DNA of 64,000 nt from assembly GCA_963703315.1 (NCBI GenBank), contig OY969811.1, positions 3,744,001-3,808,000 on the forward strand, read 5' to 3'. Position 1 is the stretch's first letter; each line of letters starts with the position of its first letter. The position numbers were made by a program, and so were the translations under genes. This DNA is from an uncultured cyanobacterium. GTDB taxonomy: Bacteria; Cyanobacteriota; Cyanobacteriia; Pseudanabaenales; Pseudanabaenaceae. The notes under the pieces are model-generated. The model saw nothing but the letters and a program-made list of their open reading frames with translations, had not been told where the DNA came from and searched no databases. Shown piece by piece: positions 53,187-61,470 of the stretch.

Positions 53187-53241
53187 CTGAACTTAAATAT
53201 TTTTTGTTGAGTGGATTTGCTTCATCGCTTACATTTATTTC

Positions 53242-53268
53242 TTCTGTGGAGTTCATGGCACTTATGCA
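53242..53268 (-). promoter_or_regulatory. Bipartite motif copy C
   Basis: Minus strand TGCATAA-N15-CAGAA. Confidence 0.6.
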
Positions 53269-53361
53269 GCGATTAACTAAAAACTTTTTTTACTTGCTTT
53301 GTGAGTTGACAAAAATAGGAGAGTCTACAACCATTGCAGCCTCTCCTATGGGTTTACTAAT

Positions 53362-53571
53362 TTAGCGGAAGCCCTCAATAATGACCAGAATCAAAACTAG
53401 GCAAATCACTATAAACATGGTGCGCCATAGTCCAATTAAAAAGGTGGGTAATATTTCAATAACGATCGCATAGCCACCAAAAACTGTGGGTAAAATAAGA
53501 GCGATCGCTAGTCCTGCGATCGCAAACATCAGAAACTTAAGTAAATGAGGGACAAAACGCAACATAGACAT
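53362..53571 (-). CDS. Small two-TM membrane protein
   Basis: Hydrophobic 69-aa ORF with GGAG SD just upstream. Confidence 0.65.
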   Translation of the reverse strand: MSMLRFVPHLLKFLMFAIAGLAIALILPTVFGGYAIVIEILPTFLIGLWRTMFIVICLVLILVIIEGFR

Positions 53572-53615
53572 AACAACTCCACAGATTGCCTGTTCCGATC
53601 CTTACGAGACTTATA

Positions 53616-53641
53616 TTCTGAGAGGTTATGGTTTTATTGCA
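53616..53641 (-). promoter_or_regulatory. Bipartite motif copy D
   Basis: Minus strand TGCAATA-N14-CAGAA. Confidence 0.5.
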
Positions 53642-53670
53642 TTGCTGATTGAGGCTAATTTGAACCCTAC

Positions 53671-53697
53671 TGCATAAAAGGCGATCGCTGATCAGAA
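53671..53697 (+). promoter_or_regulatory. Bipartite motif copy E, upstream of the sigma-like gene
   Basis: TGCATAA-N15-CAGAA. Confidence 0.6.
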
Positions 53698-53748
53698 TAT
53701 GTAGATGTATAGCTAGAGCGATCGCTTGTTAGCTAAAATATTAGTAAT

Positions 53749-55239
53749 ATGCGATCGCTACAGTCAGTCATTTTTGAGCAGGGAAAGCGCATGAGCTTAG
53801 CAAAACGCAGTTTGAGAAAAAAATTTTCAACATTTAAAGGATCGGGATCGGAATGGAGCAGTCCAAATTCAACGCTACTAAAAAATATAGAAAGACTCCT
53901 AAATTTGGAAGACTTTCGTGATGCTAAGGAAGAAACTGTAGCTCTTTATTTCGTAAAGTGCCTGAGTAGTAGCAATGAAAAAGTTGTTGAACTAAGTCGC
54001 CAACACCTAATTGCTTATGCCCAAGAGCATTGCTATCATGCTTGCAAAGAGCTATGCAAGAAATTTAATAAGAACGAAAAAGACGAGATTTTTGAAGATT
54101 GTTTTCAAGCTGGCAATATGGCAATCTGTCAAGTTAATTTCTTTACTAATTACAGACCACAAAGTGGCAATACACTTGGGACTTACATTAGTAACGCAGT
54201 TAAGAAGAAAGCTATTGAAATCTTGACTGGCGGTGGGAATAATGTCAGAAGTAATTGGGGATTATTAGCTATTGTGTCAAAAAAACAAATAAAAGAAATT
54301 TTACCTTTAATCCCAGAAATATCTTCAGGTCGAGAACAGCAAAACTACATTCAAATACACAAATTCTATAAGGAAATTTGCAAACCTTCAAAAACTGGCA
54401 AGAAAAGAGAAAAACCATCTGAACAACAACTTCAAGCAATTTGTGATTGTTTCAATAAAGTTTACCCTCACAAACTACAAACTGAAGAAGCACTAGAAAT
54501 GCTCCGTGATTGTATTGCTGCACTTAGGGAACAACAGAATTTTATTGACTCACGAGGATTAGATGCGCCATTGGGGGGTGAAGATAATAGTACTTTGCTA
54601 ATTGATACTATCTCATACGATAGTGAGCCAAATATTATCGATGAAGGTGATGATTCTTACTTCGGATCAATTCGTGAAGGATTAGTTCAGATTGTTGCAC
54701 AAGACTTAGACTCGTTGGACAATGATAAACAAGGAAAATTCACTTTTTTGCATGGATTTGATTGTACGACAACTGAAGTTGCGAATCTTTATAAAGTAAA
54801 TCAATCAACTATCTCAAGGCTTTATAATCCAATTGTTGAGTCCTGCTTAAATTACAGCAAAACTTTTGTTAGTGATTTTACTGATGACACATTCTTAATT
54901 AAGGCTTTACGTGATTGGCTGAAGCAACATCTTGCATTTATTTACACTAGTTTGCTTTATGAAGTTGTCGATTCACTGGTTATGAGTCAATTGCATAAGA
55001 CAGAAATATCTTTTTTGAATGATTTGAGAGTAACTGGGAGGACGGAGCAATTGGCGCAAAATTTGAATCAATCAACAGAATATATAAATGAGGAAAGGAA
55101 AAGATTAAAAGATGCAATTACAGGACTGGTAGTTAATCATTTAAAAACCAATTTTAATATCCTTGCACCACTTTATCCTGTAGCTCCAAAAATTGATGAA
55201 TTTATCGATAAGTGGATGTGCGATCGCCCTACCAACTAA
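53749..55239 (+). CDS. Atypical sigma-70-like factor (cyanobacterial, HetZ-like architecture)
   Basis: Region-2-like EDCFQAG...YRPQSGNTLGTY; region-3.2-like GLDAPLGGED; region-4 HTH TTEVANLYKVNQSTISR. Confidence 0.7.
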   Translation: MRSLQSVIFEQGKRMSLAKRSLRKKFSTFKGSGSEWSSPNSTLLKNIERLLNLEDFRDAKEETVALYFVKCLSSSNEKVVELSRQHLIAYAQEHCYHACKELCKKFNKNEKDEIFEDCFQAGNMAICQVNFFTNYRPQSGNTLGTYISNAVKKKAIEILTGGGNNVRSNWGLLAIVSKKQIKEILPLIPEISSGREQQNYIQIHKFYKEICKPSKTGKKREKPSEQQLQAICDCFNKVYPHKLQTEEALEMLRDCIAALREQQNFIDSRGLDAPLGGEDNSTLLIDTISYDSEPNIIDEGDDSYFGSIREGLVQIVAQDLDSLDNDKQGKFTFLHGFDCTTTEVANLYKVNQSTISRLYNPIVESCLNYSKTFVSDFTDDTFLIKALRDWLKQHLAFIYTSLLYEVVDSLVMSQLHKTEISFLNDLRVTGRTEQLAQNLNQSTEYINEERKRLKDAITGLVVNHLKTNFNILAPLYPVAPKIDEFIDKWMCDRPTN

Positions 55240-55283
55240 AACCTAACTTTTTATTTAATTTTATCTAAACAAAACTGAGGTAT

Positions 55284-56744
55284 ATGATGTTAATTCTAAA
55301 AAATGGGCTTGAACTTGAATCTATTCTCGAAGACCAGATATGTTTATCTATTCCTAAAGAATATCAAACAGAAATATGGGATAAACTACAAGGATATTCC
55401 TATCCTACGGCAAAGTGGACAGCTTATCTCAATCGCTTGACTTTAGAGTTTATAATTCCATACTTTAAACAAACCTATGATTGTGAAATAGCACTGGCTC
55501 CAATTCCTAGAAATCCTGATAGTGTTTGGGAATATGTGACAGGCTTTGCGCTGACGATTGACGGTAACCGGGTAATCGTGATTCCTGATGAGACTGATAG
55601 TGATGAGTTTGAGATCCCCTTTGAATGGGTTGATATTCCTTCATGGGCTGGGGAATATTATCTAGCGGTGCAGATCCGTCCTGATAATGGTTGGTTGAGA
55701 GTCTTTGGCTTTACGACACATCAGCAGATTAAACAGAAAGCTGAGTATGACTCTGTGATGAAGACTTACACTTTGTCGCAGGAGCAAATCATTGATGATA
55801 TGGAGGTTTTGTTGACATCATTGGCGATCGCCTCTAACCAAAAAGTAGCAGTCCCCGCACTGACAGTGATCGCCACACCTCAACAGAATCAATATCTGAA
55901 TACTCTTAAACAGCCTAAATTATATTCTCCTCGCCTTGAGCTATCCGCCGAGCATTGGGCAACCGTTGTCAGTGATGATGACTTGCGGGAGAGACTATGG
56001 CAGATGAGAATAATTGAATCATCACGATCGCAGAAAATTGTGCAACAAAAAACAACTTGGCTAAGTCTATTGCGTGAAAAGCAGAAAGTATATGGGGCTT
56101 ACTTTGCTGATGAATTCATGAGAACTAAGGAAGAAATTGCGGCACTATTTAATATTGAACCAGAATTGCAACTTGTAAGGTCAGTAAGACGATCAACGTC
56201 AACTATTGATAACTCAGAGAGAGTTGCAGAATTAATTGCTTGGGATAAATCGGAATCTGATCTAGGTATTAGGCTTGACTTCTTAAAACTCTTAGCAAAA
56301 GTGGGTGAAGGCAGTAATGCAGCAATTGAGTACTTCAGTTCAATACAAGAAAATGAGACAGAGGATCTAACAATTCGCCGTGAGGCTGCAATTTGCTTGA
56401 GTGAGATTGATCCATCTCATCGTAATGCTGGTATCAGGCGGGTACAATTGATCGATATTACTTATCGACTTAAAGATATCAAGCTTTCTTTAGAAGTGAC
56501 GATGATCCCATTTACTCAAGATAGAGCGCACGTTCACTTTCGTTTAACTGCACCAGAAGAAAGTTCTTTGCCAGATGGTCTTGTTTTGGCAGCGATCGAC
56601 CTTGATAGTGATGTAATCTTTGAAGAACATAGTGGAGAATCAGATCCATTTTTGGAGAGAAGTCTTGATGAAGAATATGGTGGATATTTCTACATCAAAA
56701 TAAGTCTTGATGGTGTCAGCGTTCGGTCAGACTTTAGAGTTTAG
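55284..56744 (+). CDS. DUF1822-family protein with HEAT-like insert
   Basis: WTAYLNRL; EIPFEWVDIPSWAGEYYLAVQI; GFTTHQQIK. Confidence 0.8.
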   Translation: MMLILKNGLELESILEDQICLSIPKEYQTEIWDKLQGYSYPTAKWTAYLNRLTLEFIIPYFKQTYDCEIALAPIPRNPDSVWEYVTGFALTIDGNRVIVIPDETDSDEFEIPFEWVDIPSWAGEYYLAVQIRPDNGWLRVFGFTTHQQIKQKAEYDSVMKTYTLSQEQIIDDMEVLLTSLAIASNQKVAVPALTVIATPQQNQYLNTLKQPKLYSPRLELSAEHWATVVSDDDLRERLWQMRIIESSRSQKIVQQKTTWLSLLREKQKVYGAYFADEFMRTKEEIAALFNIEPELQLVRSVRRSTSTIDNSERVAELIAWDKSESDLGIRLDFLKLLAKVGEGSNAAIEYFSSIQENETEDLTIRREAAICLSEIDPSHRNAGIRRVQLIDITYRLKDIKLSLEVTMIPFTQDRAHVHFRLTAPEESSLPDGLVLAAIDLDSDVIFEEHSGESDPFLERSLDEEYGGYFYIKISLDGVSVRSDFRV

Positions 56745-56753
56745 AGGTGTATT

Positions 56754-59270
56754 ATGAAAAGAATCTTTCAAAGCATATCAACTCTGTGGCAAAAATCTTT
56801 TGCTGGTTCTAGCTCACCATCACAAATTTTTCTAGGTTTGAAGGGTGAAGATGTTTTAGAATCGCCCAAAAATCCAAATGAGACTAAAAGTTTATCAGTT
56901 TCATTGTATGAGGGGCATTCTAGGATTATTGAAGATATTAACTTGCCTATTACAAAAGAGCTTTTGGATGTTATCAAACAATTTCCTACTCTTTTGGAAG
57001 GAAGAAATTCAGGCACTCCTAGAAAAGCTAAATCAACTGAAAACGAACAGACTAGCAGTAAGCAAACTGATGCCAGTAGTTCGTCTGATAAAATTGCTGA
57101 AAGGTTAGAGAATGTGATCAATGAATTAACTACTGGTCACAAGGGATTCAGAATAGTAAGAGATAAAATTCGTGACAAATTAGTTAATAGTCAATTGGCT
57201 TATAGTCTGCCACAACCAGAGTTTTTCATTCAATATAAAGATCCCAATATTGCTCAAATTCCATTCCATAAGTGGGAAATCTTAGAATCATTTGAGATCG
57301 AGCCTGTGTTTAGTGAATTTAATGTTAAACTTTGTGATCATTCTTACAGCAAGAGAAAAAATCCTCGCATCCTGATTGTTTTAGGTAATGCGTACAATCA
57401 TGGACAAGATAATCTTAACTTACAGGCTGATATTGAAGAATGGAAAGCTGATTCTCTACCTAATGTGGATATAACAACTATTACACCTTTGAATTATAAA
57501 GATATCGATTCTCAATTATGGGAAAAGAAATGGGACATTTTATATTTTGCAGGTCACAGTGATACTAAAAATGGTGAAACTCTGATTGAGCTTAATAACG
57601 AATTTAAAATAAGTTTAAAAAAACTGCAAGAGGGTCTAAAGATAGCAGTAAAGAAGGGCTTAAAATTAGCTATTTTCAATTCCTGCGTGAGTTTAGGGGC
57701 AGCAGCCGACCTACATCAAGCTGGTGTGCCAGCAGTTATAGCTATGCGTTATGCGATCCCTGATACTGTTGCTCATACTTTTCTGAAATTCTTCTTGCAA
57801 GAACATTTAAACGGAGGTAAATCGGTTAGTGCGGCAGTACAAAGAGTTAGAAAACGTTTTAAAGGGCTTGAAGATCAAGGTGATAAAACCTATATATTCG
57901 CTAGTTGGTTGCCTGTTGTTTTTCAAATTCCTAGTATTGCAAATCCTCCTAGAACTTCGCTGTTGCCAGTAATTGCCACCTCATTTTTTGTAACTTGCCT
58001 AGTTTTCTTTCTCCATACACAAGGCATATTTCAAGGAGCCGAGCTATCTCTATACGATCACATGATGAACTCTCGACCTGCCGAACCTCTCAATCCCAAT
58101 ATAATATTAGTGAAGCCAACACTAGCTGATCAAGTATGGCAGAAAGAACAAGGTGAACAATTGCAGGGGGATGAATCAATAGGTGATAAACATTTATGGA
58201 AACTACTGGAGAAATTAGATGAAGCGAAACCAAGAGTGATTGGTATGGCTCTTTGGCGAGGGTATTCAAAATCCGTAGATCCTGAGAGTAAAAAAAGAAT
58301 TGATAATAGGTTAGCAAGTACTCAATCGCCAATTTTAGTTTCTAATTGTGCAACTAGAACCAAAAATGATGAGCCAGATCGGCTTCCTCCTGAAACTATC
58401 AAACTTGGTCATCCTCATATTGGATTTACAAATTTTTCCATTGATAGATATTTTGACAATACCCTGAGAAGATTAGTATTGATTAGAAGAGATGATCAGA
58501 GTGCTTGCAGTAAACTCACCAATATTTCTTTCCCATTTCAAATTGTCTTAGACTATCTAGGAATATCATTTCAAGAAGTAATAGATGGATTAAAACCTTT
58601 AGAAGGGAAAGTAAGCATTGAGATGAAAGGTGTTTATCTTTCCAATATTACAACAAAGCAAGGTGGGTATCAAGTTAATCCTTCAGATGAAGGATTATCA
58701 AATCAACTAACAATTCTTTTTAATTACAAAAATCATGATGGTTACAGTCCCGATACAGATTACAACCAAATTTTTTCCTTAAAAGAAATTCTTTCCCTTG
58801 ACAAAGAATCATTGAAAGACATGGTTCACGATAAGATAGTTGTAATTGGTGGTTCTGGAGAAGAATCATTTAATTTCCCTTCCAGTAAGAGCAACATTAA
58901 ATCTATTGCACATTCATATGTTCATATTCAAGCTATTGATTATTTGTTGAGAATTTTTAATTCTAAAGGAGCCAAGATATTAGATATTCTCAAAAATAAT
59001 CTATTTCTTTTTTTGTATAGCTTACTTTATATATCGTTTGTATCAATTATCCTACAAATGATAATTCATAAGTTTGATAAACATCAATTTATTTCTTTGT
59101 CCATAGCAATTTTACTCGCCACGCTTATCATTTTTTATACTCATCAAATTATTTTGGCAAAATTATTATTATGGATTCCCTCTATACCAATACTATGGGG
59201 TATTATAGTCTCCAGTTTTGTTCTATCTTTTTACAAATTTATAAACATCTACTACAATAGAAATAATTAG
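56754..59270 (+). CDS. CHAT-TM-CHASE2-3TM membrane protein
   Basis: IPFHKW, catalytic YFAGHS and IFNSC; TM; ELSLYD...RP, PRVIG, LRRLVL, DKIVVIG CHASE2 motifs; three C-terminal TMs. Confidence 0.85.
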   Translation: MKRIFQSISTLWQKSFAGSSSPSQIFLGLKGEDVLESPKNPNETKSLSVSLYEGHSRIIEDINLPITKELLDVIKQFPTLLEGRNSGTPRKAKSTENEQTSSKQTDASSSSDKIAERLENVINELTTGHKGFRIVRDKIRDKLVNSQLAYSLPQPEFFIQYKDPNIAQIPFHKWEILESFEIEPVFSEFNVKLCDHSYSKRKNPRILIVLGNAYNHGQDNLNLQADIEEWKADSLPNVDITTITPLNYKDIDSQLWEKKWDILYFAGHSDTKNGETLIELNNEFKISLKKLQEGLKIAVKKGLKLAIFNSCVSLGAAADLHQAGVPAVIAMRYAIPDTVAHTFLKFFLQEHLNGGKSVSAAVQRVRKRFKGLEDQGDKTYIFASWLPVVFQIPSIANPPRTSLLPVIATSFFVTCLVFFLHTQGIFQGAELSLYDHMMNSRPAEPLNPNIILVKPTLADQVWQKEQGEQLQGDESIGDKHLWKLLEKLDEAKPRVIGMALWRGYSKSVDPESKKRIDNRLASTQSPILVSNCATRTKNDEPDRLPPETIKLGHPHIGFTNFSIDRYFDNTLRRLVLIRRDDQSACSKLTNISFPFQIVLDYLGISFQEVIDGLKPLEGKVSIEMKGVYLSNITTKQGGYQVNPSDEGLSNQLTILFNYKNHDGYSPDTDYNQIFSLKEILSLDKESLKDMVHDKIVVIGGSGEESFNFPSSKSNIKSIAHSYVHIQAIDYLLRIFNSKGAKILDILKNNLFLFLYSLLYISFVSIILQMIIHKFDKHQFISLSIAILLATLIIFYTHQIILAKLLLWIPSIPILWGIIVSSFVLSFYKFINIYYNRNN

Positions 59271-59306
59271 TTATCCTTGACACGAGACTACATCTAAAAT
59301 AATTCT

Positions 59307-60134
59307 ATGGCTAGTAACATTTTCAAATTTCTTACTAAACACCCAACTGCCATCAAAATTCTATGTGTATCGATATACATGATTTTATTCAGTTTTATAC
59401 TAACTAAAGAAGATACTTTTGCAAATAAGAAGACCAAACCTTCACGTAGTCTACCAATTAAGTCAGTCGTATCAGATGGAAGCCAAGGTAGAACAAGAGG
59501 TGAATGCTTGATTATCCCAATCATTCCAATAACCGAAGTATCTATTACTCATTTGTCTAATCCGTTTATTTGGGTGTATGTAGTACCGCCCAAAACAACA
59601 AGTAATAATGAGCGGGCTAAGGTAGATATATTCTATTCTGATTCCAATCAAACTATAGGTTCAGAACCACAGTATATTAATACTAATGAGCCACAGTTCC
59701 TTAGATTCCAGATCCCTATTACCAGAAAGAAAGAACTTCAAAATAAACTGGAAGTAGATAAAGAGTATGATTTCAACATTAGATGTAATGGAGATGGCAA
59801 CTCTATCATTGTAGCAGTTCAGAAAAAGAATAGTAATATTTCGTTTGCTAATCTGCCATTAGATAAGCGCGTAGTAGAATTTAGCAAGCAGACTTGGTGG
59901 GCTGAGACTGTAGATGCTCTGTTTGATAAAGAATTTTTATGTAAAGATAAACCAAACACAGTAGAGCTATTTGATGATCTTGTTCGTAATAAGCTACTAA
60001 TTGAAGATGTATTCAATAAACCAGTTCGAGCAATAGCAGCAAATCCTACTGAAGATGTTGATATTGTGAATATTGATAGGATGGTTAGAACATTCAATGA
60101 AGCCTATTCTAAGAAGATCTGTATCCCAAAGTAA
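59307..60134 (+). CDS. DUF928-like exported protein
   Basis: N-terminal hydrophobic segment; GRTRGEC, THLSNPFIWVYV, WWAETVDAL. Confidence 0.65.
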   Translation: MASNIFKFLTKHPTAIKILCVSIYMILFSFILTKEDTFANKKTKPSRSLPIKSVVSDGSQGRTRGECLIIPIIPITEVSITHLSNPFIWVYVVPPKTTSNNERAKVDIFYSDSNQTIGSEPQYINTNEPQFLRFQIPITRKKELQNKLEVDKEYDFNIRCNGDGNSIIVAVQKKNSNISFANLPLDKRVVEFSKQTWWAETVDALFDKEFLCKDKPNTVELFDDLVRNKLLIEDVFNKPVRAIAANPTEDVDIVNIDRMVRTFNEAYSKKICIPK

Positions 60135-60192
60135 AGAATATACAAATAAAATCAGGTAGATTACAAGATTTGTGACTACCTAATTTTATTTA

Positions 60193-61470
60193 CTACCAAG
60201 GGTTCCCGATGAGTGTAAAGGCGCTCCACGAAGATGGATGAGATAGCTTTGGATCTTTGGATAGACTAAGGCTAAGTTGCGTATTTTTTAAAGCATTGGC
60301 TTTGATGATTTTAGTATTAAATTTAAGTTCTTGATATAACTTTTCCATAAAAACAGGGGATTCTTTATCTCCTATTTTCCATAAAGTGCCAATTACAGAC
60401 TGTACACCTATTCTTGCAGCTAATCCTGCAAATCCCTGTTCTGATTTGATATTGCCTTGAGCCGTTTGACAAGCACTAAGAACAAGCATAGCTACTGTAG
60501 GATTATTCCAATTAAATTGACGAATCTCATTAAAACTAAATGAACCATTTTTAAAGTATATTTCTCCAATCCCATTTGTCTCATTAAATTTAGCATGAGT
60601 GGCTAGATGAATAAGACCAAATCCAATCGGATTATATAATTTGTCTTTTACTTGCTCAATATCTTGATTTAAATTTTGTTGTGTCATCCATATTTTAGTA
60701 ATCTTGGTTAGCTCTTCTGGAACACCAGGTAACTGCGTTTGTGATATGGGTTTTTCAAATCTAGACGCTCCAATTGCTAGGAGATTTTTATCGTGTATGC
60801 TAGAGAGCCTTGTATCAGTTAAAGATAAGCTTGGCATTACCCCAACGCTGTAATCCGAAATAATATAATTATTCTGTTCATTGATCAAAGCAGCAAATGG
60901 TGTTTGTCGTAATGCATCAGGTAAGACAAGAGTGAGATTATCAATAGCTTGATTTTTTAAAGAATCATATAATGGCTTGATGAGCCATCGGTATAATTGC
61001 TTAGAGGAATCTATATGCTTTGTTTGATTTCTAGGATTGTAGTTAGATATATTTGTTCTGAAATTCTCGACACGATCTTTTAAATCCTTTCTGCGGATAT
61101 ATTGACCAGAATCTTTAACAGGAATATACGCAGGTTTGCCTTTGGCGGTTACTAGGGTTAGTTCTAGAATATCGCAAGAGTCAACGTCTTTAGTAGTTTC
61201 TAGCTTGACTGGTTCAGGATATGGGAGGGTGGAATTAATTGGAGGATTGTAACAAGGATCTTTAGGATCGCGTTGCGCCTTCCGATCGCCCATTCGATCA
61301 GGAAGGAAAGTTACATAGAGTAAAGCAGGATTCACTCCAGTTTCATTTTGCACACGGCGCAAGGTTTCTTGGATTTCTGCAAGTGTCATCACCTTAACTG
61401 GTTTGAGATCGGGAATAGAGTCGCTGAAAAACTTTTCAAACTCTCTGGTGTAAAACTCTTCGGGGGGAAG
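60193..61470 (-). CDS. CHAT domain; C-terminal part of a haemagglutinin-CHAT fusion split by a frameshift
   Basis: LYRWLIKP, PFAAL, catalytic IHLATHA and LVLSACQTA, GTLW, WSAFTLIGNPW; frame is open upstream of the called GTG as PEEFYTREFEKFF. Confidence 0.8.
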   Translation of the reverse strand, partial: LPPEEFYTREFEKFFSDSIPDLKPVKVMTLAEIQETLRRVQNETGVNPALLYVTFLPDRMGDRKAQRDPKDPCYNPPINSTLPYPEPVKLETTKDVDSCDILELTLVTAKGKPAYIPVKDSGQYIRRKDLKDRVENFRTNISNYNPRNQTKHIDSSKQLYRWLIKPLYDSLKNQAIDNLTLVLPDALRQTPFAALINEQNNYIISDYSVGVMPSLSLTDTRLSSIHDKNLLAIGASRFEKPISQTQLPGVPEELTKITKIWMTQQNLNQDIEQVKDKLYNPIGFGLIHLATHAKFNETNGIGEIYFKNGSFSFNEIRQFNWNNPTVAMLVLSACQTAQGNIKSEQGFAGLAARIGVQSVIGTLWKIGDKESPVFMEKLYQELKFNTKIIKANALKNTQLSLSLSKDPKLSHPSSWSAFTLIGNPW

